A stretch of 42,195 nucleotides of DNA from Thermoanaerobaculia bacterium (GTDB lineage: Bacteria; Acidobacteriota; Thermoanaerobaculia; Multivoradales; UBA5704), in NCBI GenBank assembly GCA_036560825.1, contig DATBQN010000004.1:1-42195 (forward strand). Reading direction: 5' to 3'. Positions 8,428-17,589 of the stretch are shown piece after piece. The translations under genes and the position numbers were made by a program. Below the pieces are notes generated by a model. That model had not been told where the DNA came from and did not search any database. It saw only the letters and a list, made by a program, of their open reading frames with translations. Position 1 is the stretch's first letter. The number at the start of each line of letters is the position of its first letter.

Positions 8428-8838
8428 ATGCCGGTGCCCCCTTTGCGAGACAGGCGCGCGGTCGAGGTGGGCTTCCCCCTGGCCGTCAACAGCTACGGGC
8501 GGCTCGCCGACCCCGAGTACGAGCAGCACGTCGAGCAGATGATCGAGCTGGTGCTGTTCACCGCCCCCGGCGAGCGGGTCAACCGCCCCGACTTCGGGTG
8601 CGGGCTCCTGCAGCTCATCTTCGGTCCCGATACGGAGGTCGTCGCCAGCGCCACCGAGTACCTGGTGCGCGGCGCGCTCCAGAAGTGGCTGGGGGACGTG
8701 CTCACGGTGCGCAAGGTCGAGGTCGAGGCCCGCGCGGGGGCGCTGCGCATCCATCTCGCCTACGTCCTGCTCCGCGACCAGATCGTGCGGGCGGTCACCT
8801 TCGAGCCGCCGCCGAGCCTCCAGCGGAGCCTGCCGTGA
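8428..8838 (+). CDS. GPW/gp25 baseplate wedge protein (TssE/Afp9 equivalent)
   Basis: HVEQMIELVLFTAPGERVNRPDFGCGLLQLIFGP is the gp25-family motif. GAGGAG RBS. Confidence 0.9.
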   Translation: MPVPPLRDRRAVEVGFPLAVNSYGRLADPEYEQHVEQMIELVLFTAPGERVNRPDFGCGLLQLIFGPDTEVVASATEYLVRGALQKWLGDVLTVRKVEVEARAGALRIHLAYVLLRDQIVRAVTFEPPPSLQRSLP

Positions 8839-11333
8839 TCGCCGCCAGCCTGCCCAGCCAGCTCCGCGACCAGCGCCGCAAGGTGCTGATGGAAAACCCC
8901 GTTTGGAAGGGGCTCGACTTCGTCACCATCGACGCCGTCCCCGTGAACGTCGCGGACGGCCGGCTCTGGCGGCTGCGGCTGCACTTCGTGCCGGCGCCGC
9001 CGGGGAGCGGCAAGCGCCCTGTCCCGGAAGCGTTGACGGCAGCCCAAGTGCGGATCCTGCTCGACGGCGCCCCCGCTCCTCACGTCGAGGTGCGGGAGAT
9101 CCTCGCCGACCCCGATCCGGAGGTCTTGACGGCCCTGGTGAGGACGGACGCCGAGGAGAGCTCCCCGCACGACCCTCCGGGCCACCTCCTGCAGCTCGTG
9201 GAGCGGGGCGACGTCGACCCTCTCTTCGCCGCCGCGCCGCTGAGCTTCCAGCTCGCCGGGCCGGCGGCGCGCATGGTCTCCTTCCAGCATCGCGCGGCCG
9301 CGCCGCCGCCGGCCAACGACATCGACTACCTGGCCAAGGACTACGAGAGCTTCCGCCAGTTGATGCTGGAGCGCATGGCCTTCTACGTTCCCGACTGGCG
9401 CGAGCGCAACCCTTCGGACCTGGGCGTCACCCTGATCGAGGTCCTGGCCTACGCGGCGGACTATCTGAGCTACCACCAGGATGCCGCCGCCTCCGAGGCC
9501 TATCTGGAGACGGCGCGACATAGGATCTCGGTGCGCCGGCACACGCGGCTGCTGGACTTCCGCCTGCGCGAGGGGACCAACGCCCGCGTCTGGGTGCAGA
9601 TCAAGGTCGCCGGCGCCGCCGGGCCGCGGCCGGCCCGGCCCGCTTCCCTGCCGGCGGGCACGCGGCTGCTCACCTCGTCGCAGCGCGTCCCCGGTTGCGT
9701 CGATCCCGCCTCGAAGGAGTACCGGCGGGCGCTCGAGGAGGGCGCCATGGTGTTCCAGACCCTCGCCCCGGCGGCGCTCCACCCCGAGCACGAGGAGCTC
9801 CTGATCTACAGCTGGGGAGCGGCGGACTACACGCTGCCCCGCGGCGCCACGTCGGCGGCGCTGGCGGGGCACTACGACCGGCTGCAGGCCGGCGACGTGC
9901 TGCTCGTCGAGAAGCGCCTGGGCTACGACCTGGACACGGGCGCGACGCCGGATCCCCGCGAGCGCCAGGCCCTGCGACTGGACCGCGCGCCGGTCCTCTC
10001 CCGCGACGAGCTCACCGGCGCCGAGATCACCGAGATCGCCTGGCACCAGGGCGACGCCCTGCGGGTGGACTTCCCCATCGCCAGGATGGTCGGCAGGGTG
10101 CGCCAGGAAGGGCTGAGCGTGGTGCGCGGCAACCTCGCGCTGGCGGACCACGGGCTGGTTGTCGAGGACCTCCTCGCCACGGTGCCGGCCGGGGAGAGCT
10201 ATCGGCCCCTGCTGCCTCGCACCGGCCTGACATTCCGCCAGCCGTTCGACGCCGCGGCGGCGGTGGGGAAGCCGGCGGCCTGGGCCGTCGAGCAGTCGGC
10301 CGAGGCGGCGCTCCCCGATCTCGAGCTCTTCGAGCTGCCGCCGTACGCCCCGGCCGAGACCGCCGCCGAGGCGATCGCTCGGCGGCGGCCCCGCTGGCGC
10401 CCGCGCCACGACCTGCTCAACAGCGGCCGGTTCGCCCGCGATTTCGTGGTGGAGATCGACGACCGCGGGCAGGCCAACCTGCGCTTCGGCGACGGCCAGA
10501 CCGGCCGCCGGCCGCCCGCCGGCGCCCGCTTCGTGGCCCGCTATCGCATCGGCAACGGGCCGCACGGCAACATCGGCGCCCACGCGCTGCAGCACGTGGT
10601 GCTCTCGCCGGGGCAGGCGCTGGACCTGGCGGCGGGGGGGCTCGCCGTCCTCGGGGCGAGAAACCACATGGCCGGGGCCGGCGGCACCCAGGCCGAGGCG
10701 GCCGAGCACGCCCAGATCTACGCGCCGGAGCGCCTCCGCGACGCGGCGGCGGAGCGCCGCTGCGTCACGGTCGAGGACTGCGCGGCGATGGCCGAGCGCC
10801 ACCCGGAGGTCCGCCGGGCGGTGGCCCGCCGGCGCTGGACCGGCAGCTCGACCCTGGTGCTCCTCTACGTACAGCGCCGGGGAGGGCTGCGCACCGATCC
10901 GGCGTTCGAGGACCGGCTGCGCAGCTTCCTCGCGCCCTGCCTGATGGCCGGCTTCGACCTCGCGATCCGCGAGCCGTACTTCGTCCCCCTGGACATCGAG
11001 ATCACCGTCTTCGCCCAGCCGGGCGTCCGCGAGGACGCGCTGTACGCCGAGTTCTTCGGCCGGCTGGCCGCCCCCGGCGGCGAGCTCTTCACCCCCGAGC
11101 AGTTCTCCTTCGGGCAGTGGTTCTACCTCAGCGGGCTGACGGCCGCGGTGATGTCCATCCCCGGGGTCGCCGACGTCCGGGTGGACGTCTTCCAGCGCTG
11201 GGGCCAGCCCGCCGCCGGAGAGCTCGCCGCGGGCTACATCGCCATCGGCCCCCTGGAGATCGTCCGTCTCGACAACCTGCCCGCCGCGCCCCAGCAGGGC
11301 ACCCTGCGGGTGGTGATCGAGGAGAGCCGATGA
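8835..11333 (+). CDS. Baseplate_J-like baseplate assembly protein (gp6/Afp11-like), 832 aa
   Basis: GTG at 8835 overlaps the gp25 stop (GTGA). The track ORF from 8598 is an out-of-context N-terminal extension overlapping gp25. DIDYLAKDYESFRQLMLERMAFYVPDWRERNPSDLGVTLIEVLAYAADYLSYHQD and ...RFGDGQTGRRPPAGARFVARYRIGNGPHGNI... are typical of gpJ-like proteins. Confidence 0.85.
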   Translation: MIAASLPSQLRDQRRKVLMENPVWKGLDFVTIDAVPVNVADGRLWRLRLHFVPAPPGSGKRPVPEALTAAQVRILLDGAPAPHVEVREILADPDPEVLTALVRTDAEESSPHDPPGHLLQLVERGDVDPLFAAAPLSFQLAGPAARMVSFQHRAAAPPPANDIDYLAKDYESFRQLMLERMAFYVPDWRERNPSDLGVTLIEVLAYAADYLSYHQDAAASEAYLETARHRISVRRHTRLLDFRLREGTNARVWVQIKVAGAAGPRPARPASLPAGTRLLTSSQRVPGCVDPASKEYRRALEEGAMVFQTLAPAALHPEHEELLIYSWGAADYTLPRGATSAALAGHYDRLQAGDVLLVEKRLGYDLDTGATPDPRERQALRLDRAPVLSRDELTGAEITEIAWHQGDALRVDFPIARMVGRVRQEGLSVVRGNLALADHGLVVEDLLATVPAGESYRPLLPRTGLTFRQPFDAAAAVGKPAAWAVEQSAEAALPDLELFELPPYAPAETAAEAIARRRPRWRPRHDLLNSGRFARDFVVEIDDRGQANLRFGDGQTGRRPPAGARFVARYRIGNGPHGNIGAHALQHVVLSPGQALDLAAGGLAVLGARNHMAGAGGTQAEAAEHAQIYAPERLRDAAAERRCVTVEDCAAMAERHPEVRRAVARRRWTGSSTLVLLYVQRRGGLRTDPAFEDRLRSFLAPCLMAGFDLAIREPYFVPLDIEITVFAQPGVREDALYAEFFGRLAAPGGELFTPEQFSFGQWFYLSGLTAAVMSIPGVADVRVDVFQRWGQPAAGELAAGYIAIGPLEIVRLDNLPAAPQQGTLRVVIEESR

Positions 11334-14300
11334 GCGCCGGCCCCGGCAGCGGCGATCGCGGCATTGGCGGCGGGCCGGCCCCTGCGCCGCCGCTGCCGGC
11401 GAGGGCCAACCCGCCGGGCCGGCCGTCTCTCGACTACCGCGCCGGCACCTTCGAGTCGTTCACCCGCGCCATGCTCGACCGGCTGGTGCTGGCGCTCCAG
11501 GGGACCCGCGGGCCGGCCGAGGTCGACGGGTCCCGCGCCCGGCCCATCCGCATCAACCTCGGCGGTCCGGACCACTGGCTCACCGGCCTGGTGAAGTCCT
11601 GGGCGACGGTCGCCGACGTCCTCACCTTCTACCAGGAGAGGATCCTCCAGGAGGGATACCTGCGCACGGCGGTCGAGGACCGCTCGGTCCACGAGCTGGC
11701 GCAGATGATCGGCTATCGCCGCCGTCCGGGGGTCGGCGGCAGCGCTGACCTGGCGATACGCATCGCCGAGGTCCAGGGCCTGCCCCAGGACCTGGAGCTG
11801 CCGGCGGGCCTCGTCGTCCGCAGCGTGCCGCCCCCCGGCAGCGAGCCGCAGGTCTTCGAGACCGTCGAGCGCCTGCGGGCGCGGGCGGCGTGGAACCTGC
11901 TGCGCCCCACCGCCTCGCGGCGGGAGGTCCCGCCGACCCTCGAGGGCGGCGGCACCTCGCTCGCGCTCCAGGGGACGGCGAGCGGCCTGACGGCGGGCCA
12001 GGGCATCCTCATCTCGGGCACGCTGGCGGAGCGCCGGAGCCACTGGTTCCGCATCGTCACGCGGGTGCGGATCGAGCCCGGCGATCCCCCGGCGACCGAG
12101 ATCGCCTGGGCGGGCCCCCTCGCTCCCGATCTCCCCGCGGCGTCGATCGGCGATCTCGAGGTGCTCGCTCTGCGCCAGCAGACCGGCCTCTTCGGCTACA
12201 ACGCCCCTCGCTGGCAGGATCTGCCGCCGGAGGTGCGCCGGCAGGCCCAGGTCCTCGGCGGTGGCGTGCTGGTACAGGATGCCGCCGGCTGGCGGCGGCC
12301 GGCGAACCAGGGCTTGCCGGTGGCGTCGGCGGTGCGCTGCCTGGCGATCGACGACGGCGGCGACCTCTTCGCCGGCACCGCCGCCGACGGCGTCCTGCGC
12401 TCCTCCGACGGCGGCCGCAACTGGAAGCCGGCCCGCCGCGGCCTGCTGCAGGCCGACGTCCAGGCCCTGGCGGTGGGCGCCGAGGGGACGCTCTACGCCG
12501 GCACCTCGGCGGGCGGCGTCTATCGCTCGACCGACCACGGCGAGATCTGGGAGCCCGCCAACGGCGGCGCGCAGCTCGGCGCCTCGCGCCGGCGCTGGCT
12601 GCCGCATCTCCGGCCGCCGCCCGGCCCGCTCCCCTCGACCACCGTGCGCGCGCTCGCCGTGGCGCCGTGGGGGGCGCAGGCGGCGCTCTTCGCCGGCACC
12701 GACAGCGGCCTCTACGCCTCGCGCAACTCCGGCCGGAGCTGGCGGCCCGCCAACCGGGGCCTGCCGGGGACCGACTCGACGACCGGCGCGACCGATCTCC
12801 CCGTCGGCGCCGTCGCCGCCGCGCCCGACGACGGGCTCCTCTTCATCGGCACCGCCCGCGGCGTCTTCAAGTCGACGGACGGCGGCCGCCGCTGGCGCCC
12901 CGCCAACCGGGGGTTACCGGCGACCGATCCCTTCTCCGGCGTGAGCGCGACTGGCGTCCAGTCCCTGGTCGCCTACCGGGACCGCCGGCGGCACGCCCTC
13001 TATCTCGTCGCCGCCACCTCCCGCGGCCTCTTTCGCTCGACCGACGGCGGGGAGCGCTGGCAGCGGGCCGAGAAGGGCTTCGCCGGGGCCGTGCCGGCGG
13101 GCGAGGACCTCGCGGTGCTCGCCCTGGCGGTCCTCGACGATCCCATCGTCCGGGTCACCCGGCTATACGCCGGCACGGCCGAGACCGTCTGGACCTCGCT
13201 CGACCATGGCGAGAGCTGGACCCGGAGCGACCCGGGCGCGCCCGGCCCGGTCGGCGCCCTGGCCGTCGGCCGCGATGGCCGCTCGGTCGCGGCGGCGACC
13301 CCCCTGACCGGCTTCGCCGGCGAGTGGCCGGGCTTCCGGCTGAGGCCGGGCATGGTCGATCTCGACAGCGTCGTGCCGGGCGTCGTCGCCGGGGGCTGGA
13401 TCGCCCTGCGCCCGGGCAGCACGGTGGATCCCGCCGCGGTTGAGATCTTCGAAGCCCGCAAGGTATCGACCGTCCAGCGCCGCGACTTCCATCTGGTCGC
13501 CAACGTGACGCGCATCGAGGTCGACGACCCCACGGCGCGGCTGGCCACGCTCGACCTGCGCGACACCCGCGCCTACGTGCACAGCGAGCCGCTGCCGCTC
13601 GCGCCGCGCATCGTCACCGCGGTGCCCGTCGCGATCGGCATACTGCGGGCGGCGCTGCTCGCGATCGGCGACGAAGGCAGGAAGGTCGTCGTCGTCGGCA
13701 AGACGCTGCCGCGGCACCTCGCCGTCGAGTCGGACGAGGAGGGCGGCAGCCTGCTCTCGGCCCTGCGCACCCTGCGCGACGAGCTCGCCGCGCTCGACGG
13801 CGCCGCCGAGGTCGGCGTCCGCATCTGGATCGATGGCAACCCCGCCACCGCGCGACCCGACCTCTCGGCGCCGATGCGGGCCGGCGAGCTCGATGAGATG
13901 CTCGCCACCCTGACCACGGGGCCGCACTCCCGGCAGGCGATCCAGCGGGTCTTCGCCCTCGGAAACGCCGCCGGCACCCCCGCGGGCCGCTTGACCATCC
14001 ACGTCGACCTCGTCCCCATGACCGTCGGCCGCTCGCTCCTCGCCGGCGAGCTGGCGCAGTACCTCGAGACCTCCACCTCCGAGAGCGTCCCCGGCAGCGG
14101 CGATGCGGCCGAGGTCGAGGTCGTGCGCATCCCCGGCGGCGAGGCCGGCCGGCTGCTCGCCCTCGACGCCTCCACCCTGCAGATCCACTGCAACGTGGTG
14201 ACCGCCTGCGAAGGCGTCACGGTGCAGGGCGAGGTGCTCGGCGACGGCGACGCCACCGAGGCCAACCAGGCGTTCACCCTCGCCCAGCCCCCGGCCTTCC

Positions 14301-15292
14301 TGCTCGGCGCTGGCTTCCCCCGCTCCGACCTCCAGGTCAAGGTCCAGGGCGAGCGCTGGAGGGAGGTCGGCGCGCTCTCCGGCGAGACCGGCGAGAGCCA
14401 TGCCTACCGCCTGCGGCTGGACCAGGAGGGACGGGCGACGGTGATCTTCGGCGACGGCAGGTCGGGGGCCCGCCTGCCGACGGGGCCGGCCAACGTGACG
14501 GCGACCTACCGGACCGGGATGTCGTCCCGGCGGGTGCCGCCCGGCGGGTTGAGCCTCCTCGCCACCCGCCCGCTCGGTCTCGACGCGGTCGCCAACCCGC
14601 TGCCGAGCACCAGCGGCGCCCCGCCGGAGAGCGCGGACGAGATCCGCCGCAGCGCGCCGCGCCAGGTCCGCCTGTTCGGGCGCATCGTCTCGCTCCGCGA
14701 CTACGGGGACTACGCCCGGGACTTCCCGGGCGTCGCCAAGGCAGAGGCCTGGGGGCTGGTCGTCGCCGGCAGCCCCGCGGTGCAGATCACCGTCGCGCCC
14801 GAAGGCGGCGGCGCGGCGGACGACGGCCTGCTGGGCGAGCTGCGCGCCGGCATCGAGGCGGCCCGCGGCCACCCCTCGCCGGTCTTCGTCCAGGGCTACC
14901 GCCGCGTGGCGGTCGCCGTCGCCGCCAGGATCAAGCTCGCGGGCGGCGCCACCGCCGCCGAATGGGGCGGCGTCGCCCGGCGGGTGCGGCAGGCCCTCGC
15001 CGACCGCTTCGGCTTCGACGCCAGCGGCTTCGGCGGCGGTATCAACGCCGAGGCCGTGATCAGCGCCATGCAAGGGGTGCCCGGAGTGCGGGCGGTCGAC
15101 TTCGACCGCATGACCTGGCCGGGGATGGAGGAGGATGGAGAGGCCGGCTGCCGCGAGCGGCGGGCGCGGCCGCCCGCCTGGGACCCCGAGTCGCGCCAGC
15201 TCCGCGCGGCGGAGCTGGTGATCATCGGCGACGTCGACCTCCTGCCGGTCAATCTGCAGCCGGACGACGTCTCGCCGGGACGTGCGTCATGA
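11330..15292 (+). CDS. Second Baseplate_J-like / putative baseplate assembly protein (TIGR02243-like) with an inserted BNR (Asp-box) beta-propeller, 1320 aa
   Basis: ATG at 11330 overlaps the upstream stop (ATGA); the track ORF from 9695 is a shadow extension. N-terminus SLDYRAGTFESFTRAMLDRL...VLTFYQERILQEGYL. C-terminus FGDGRSGARLPTGPANVTATYRTGMS...NPLPSTSGAPPESADEIRRSAP. Six S-x-D-x-G-x-x-W boxes lie between 12332 and 13310. Confidence 0.8.
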   Translation: MSAGPGSGDRGIGGGPAPAPPLPARANPPGRPSLDYRAGTFESFTRAMLDRLVLALQGTRGPAEVDGSRARPIRINLGGPDHWLTGLVKSWATVADVLTFYQERILQEGYLRTAVEDRSVHELAQMIGYRRRPGVGGSADLAIRIAEVQGLPQDLELPAGLVVRSVPPPGSEPQVFETVERLRARAAWNLLRPTASRREVPPTLEGGGTSLALQGTASGLTAGQGILISGTLAERRSHWFRIVTRVRIEPGDPPATEIAWAGPLAPDLPAASIGDLEVLALRQQTGLFGYNAPRWQDLPPEVRRQAQVLGGGVLVQDAAGWRRPANQGLPVASAVRCLAIDDGGDLFAGTAADGVLRSSDGGRNWKPARRGLLQADVQALAVGAEGTLYAGTSAGGVYRSTDHGEIWEPANGGAQLGASRRRWLPHLRPPPGPLPSTTVRALAVAPWGAQAALFAGTDSGLYASRNSGRSWRPANRGLPGTDSTTGATDLPVGAVAAAPDDGLLFIGTARGVFKSTDGGRRWRPANRGLPATDPFSGVSATGVQSLVAYRDRRRHALYLVAATSRGLFRSTDGGERWQRAEKGFAGAVPAGEDLAVLALAVLDDPIVRVTRLYAGTAETVWTSLDHGESWTRSDPGAPGPVGALAVGRDGRSVAAATPLTGFAGEWPGFRLRPGMVDLDSVVPGVVAGGWIALRPGSTVDPAAVEIFEARKVSTVQRRDFHLVANVTRIEVDDPTARLATLDLRDTRAYVHSEPLPLAPRIVTAVPVAIGILRAALLAIGDEGRKVVVVGKTLPRHLAVESDEEGGSLLSALRTLRDELAALDGAAEVGVRIWIDGNPATARPDLSAPMRAGELDEMLATLTTGPHSRQAIQRVFALGNAAGTPAGRLTIHVDLVPMTVGRSLLAGELAQYLETSTSESVPGSGDAAEVEVVRIPGGEAGRLLALDASTLQIHCNVVTACEGVTVQGEVLGDGDATEANQAFTLAQPPAFLLGAGFPRSDLQVKVQGERWREVGALSGETGESHAYRLRLDQEGRATVIFGDGRSGARLPTGPANVTATYRTGMSSRRVPPGGLSLLATRPLGLDAVANPLPSTSGAPPESADEIRRSAPRQVRLFGRIVSLRDYGDYARDFPGVAKAEAWGLVVAGSPAVQITVAPEGGGAADDGLLGELRAGIEAARGHPSPVFVQGYRRVAVAVAARIKLAGGATAAEWGGVARRVRQALADRFGFDASGFGGGINAEAVISAMQGVPGVRAVDFDRMTWPGMEEDGEAGCRERRARPPAWDPESRQLRAAELVIIGDVDLLPVNLQPDDVSPGRAS

Positions 15293-17532
15293 GCCGCCCC
15301 GGACCCCGCCTCTACGACCTGCTGCCGGCGTACGTCCGCTACCGCGACGCCGCCGGGGCGGACGAGCCCCTGAAGGCCGTCATGGAGGCCCTGGAGCTCC
15401 CCTTCCAGGTCGTCCGCGACGACGTCGACGATCTCTACCGCGCATGGTTCATCGAGACCTGTGCGGACTGGATGGTGCCCTACCTCGGCGACCTGGTCGG
15501 CGTGCGCGGGCTGGAGAGCTCGCGCCGGCTGCTCCCCACCGCCCGCGCGCGGGTCGCCAACGCCCTCGCCTACCGCCGCGCCAAGGGCACCCCCGCCGCC
15601 CTGGAGCGAGCGGCGCGCGACGCCACGGGGTGGCCGTGCCGGGTCGTCGAGTACGGGCGGCGGACGGCGGCGAGCCCATGCCTGGACGAGGCCGCCGCCG
15701 CCGGCACCGTGGACCTGCGGCGAGCGGCCGATCTGGAGCTCCTGGGCGGCCCGTTCAACGTCCTTCCCCATACCGCGGACTTCAAGCCGTCCACGGCGGA
15801 GAACCCGCCCCTGGGCGACGCCGGCGGCTTCCAGCTGCTCCAGCTCGGGCTCGCCTTCTGGCGTCTGGAGAGCTATCCGGTGACCGGGGCGGTGCCGGCT
15901 GAGCTCGGGGGGGATCTCGGAGCCGAGGCCGGCGGGGAGAGCGGCGGCATGCGCCGCTACGCGTTCCACCCCTACGGCCTCGACGCCCCTCTGTTCAACG
16001 CCCCCGCGACCGCCGGAGAGCCGGTTTTCGCGAGCACCGAGCGGCACCTGCCGGGGCCGCTCCGCCGCCTCGCCCTCGCCGACGAGATCGAGTCGCTCGC
16101 CGTCGGCAGGGTGCCGGCGAGCGACTACCTGGGGAGCGACGCGGTCTTCCAGATCCTGGTCGCCGAGGACGGCGGCGAGCTCCAGCTCCTGCCGCCGGAG
16201 GCGCTGGCGATCGCCGACCTCTCCGCCTGGGAGCCCGCCGCCGTCCGCACCATCCCGGCGCCTCGACAGGCGACGGTCCGCGCCTTCGTCGACCCGGTGC
16301 TCGGCCGCTTCCTCCTGCCGGGAGGGACGACCGCGCGACGCGTGCGCGTGGCCTACAGCCATGGCGCCGCCATGGACCTCGGGGGCGGCGCGTACTCGCG
16401 CGCCGAGAGCCTGCGCCACGCCCGCGGCGTGAGCTGGCGGGCCATCGTGGCCGAGGACTGCGAGCCGCGCTATGACCCCGAGTCCCGGCTGAGCTATTTC
16501 TCGTCGCTCGCCGCGGCCCTGGAGGCGTGGAACAGCGGCCGCTCCCTGCCCATCCCGTCGAGCCGTCGCGCCGGCACGGCGCCGCAGAGCGGCATTATCC
16601 GCATCTGCGACAGCGCCACCTACGCGGGGTCCCTGCGGATCGGCCTGAAGGACCGCTGGCTCGCCATCGAGGCGGCCGACGGCTGCCGCCCATGCCTGCG
16701 CGGCGGCCTCGCGGTCGCCGGCCAGCCGCCGCCGGTGATGGATGCAGCGTGGCGGCAGGCCACCCCGTCGGCGCAGTCGGCGAGGCAGAACGAGCTGCGC
16801 GTCAACGGCCTGTGGATCGAGGGCGGGATCACCATCCAAGGGAGCGCCCTGCTGTTCCTGGAGCACTGCACGGTGGCGGCCCCCTACCCCGGCCGATCCG
16901 CCTCCCCGGCCGTCGCCTTCGGCGCCGAGCGGGATGGGGCGGGCGAGCTCGCCGGGCAGGGTTCGATCCCGGAACGGGTCGTGGTCGACGCCAGGCGGTG
17001 CATCCTCGGCCCTCTCGACCTCGGCCGGCGCCTGGTCGATCTGCGCCTCGCCGACTGCATCGTCGACGCCGCGGGCGCGCGGGCGATCGACGGCTCGCGG
17101 ACGGCCGCGGACCTCGCCCGCTGCACGGTGCTGGGCGAGGTCGCGGTCGGCGAGCTCGCGCGCGCCGTGGATGTCCTCTTCGCCGCTCCGGTGCGGGCGA
17201 CGCTGGTGAGCGACGGGGAGGTCCGCTTCTCGCACGTTCCCGCGGGCTCGCGGACGCCCCCCCAGGAGCGCTGCCAGGGAGGCGGCGCGCAGGGGCCGAC
17301 GCGGGTCGGCGCCGCGGTGACGCCGGCCTTCACCTCCACTGCGTTCGGCAACCCGGCCTACGCCCAGCTCAGCCCGGCGGCGAGCGTCGAGCTGCGCCAG
17401 GGCGGCGAGGACGGCAACGAGATCGGCGTCTACAACCGGCTGCGCGGCGCCGATCGGTTGGGCAACCTGCCGGACGTCTGTGAAGAGTTCCTGCCCTGGG
17501 GGATGACGGCGCGTGTCTTCTTCGTCACCTGA
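15289..17532 (+). CDS. P2 gpI-like phage tail protein (Afp12-like region) with a parallel beta-helix-like C-terminal part, 747 aa
   Basis: ATG at 15289 overlaps the upstream stop (ATGA). MSRPGPRLYDLLPAYVRYRDA...PFQVVRDDVDDLYRAWFIETCADWMVPYLGDLVGV...ANALAYRRAKGTPAALE matches the tail_P2_I pattern. Confidence 0.75.
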   Translation: MSRPGPRLYDLLPAYVRYRDAAGADEPLKAVMEALELPFQVVRDDVDDLYRAWFIETCADWMVPYLGDLVGVRGLESSRRLLPTARARVANALAYRRAKGTPAALERAARDATGWPCRVVEYGRRTAASPCLDEAAAAGTVDLRRAADLELLGGPFNVLPHTADFKPSTAENPPLGDAGGFQLLQLGLAFWRLESYPVTGAVPAELGGDLGAEAGGESGGMRRYAFHPYGLDAPLFNAPATAGEPVFASTERHLPGPLRRLALADEIESLAVGRVPASDYLGSDAVFQILVAEDGGELQLLPPEALAIADLSAWEPAAVRTIPAPRQATVRAFVDPVLGRFLLPGGTTARRVRVAYSHGAAMDLGGGAYSRAESLRHARGVSWRAIVAEDCEPRYDPESRLSYFSSLAAALEAWNSGRSLPIPSSRRAGTAPQSGIIRICDSATYAGSLRIGLKDRWLAIEAADGCRPCLRGGLAVAGQPPPVMDAAWRQATPSAQSARQNELRVNGLWIEGGITIQGSALLFLEHCTVAAPYPGRSASPAVAFGAERDGAGELAGQGSIPERVVVDARRCILGPLDLGRRLVDLRLADCIVDAAGARAIDGSRTAADLARCTVLGEVAVGELARAVDVLFAAPVRATLVSDGEVRFSHVPAGSRTPPQERCQGGGAQGPTRVGAAVTPAFTSTAFGNPAYAQLSPAASVELRQGGEDGNEIGVYNRLRGADRLGNLPDVCEEFLPWGMTARVFFVT

Positions 17533-17589
17533 GATCTCGCCTGCCGCTATGATCCCTCGCGAGCCGACCGCCGGCCTCCGAGGAGCGCG

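Noticed and set aside
4579-8754. 1391-aa minus-strand ORF spanning the cap-to-gp25 region
   Set aside because: Arg/Gly/Ala/Pro/Asp-rich junk translation antisense to several genes with clear family motifs. This is a typical shadow ORF of high-GC DNA.
8598-8834. Upstream extensions of track ORFs (8598-8834, 9695-11329, 14962-15288, 27445-27798, 27648-27809, 30849-33179, 33009-33614, 40516-40608)
   Set aside because: The extensions overlap well-supported neighbouring genes or are Arg-rich junk. Internal starts with ATGA/GTGA overlaps, RBSs or signal peptides fit better.
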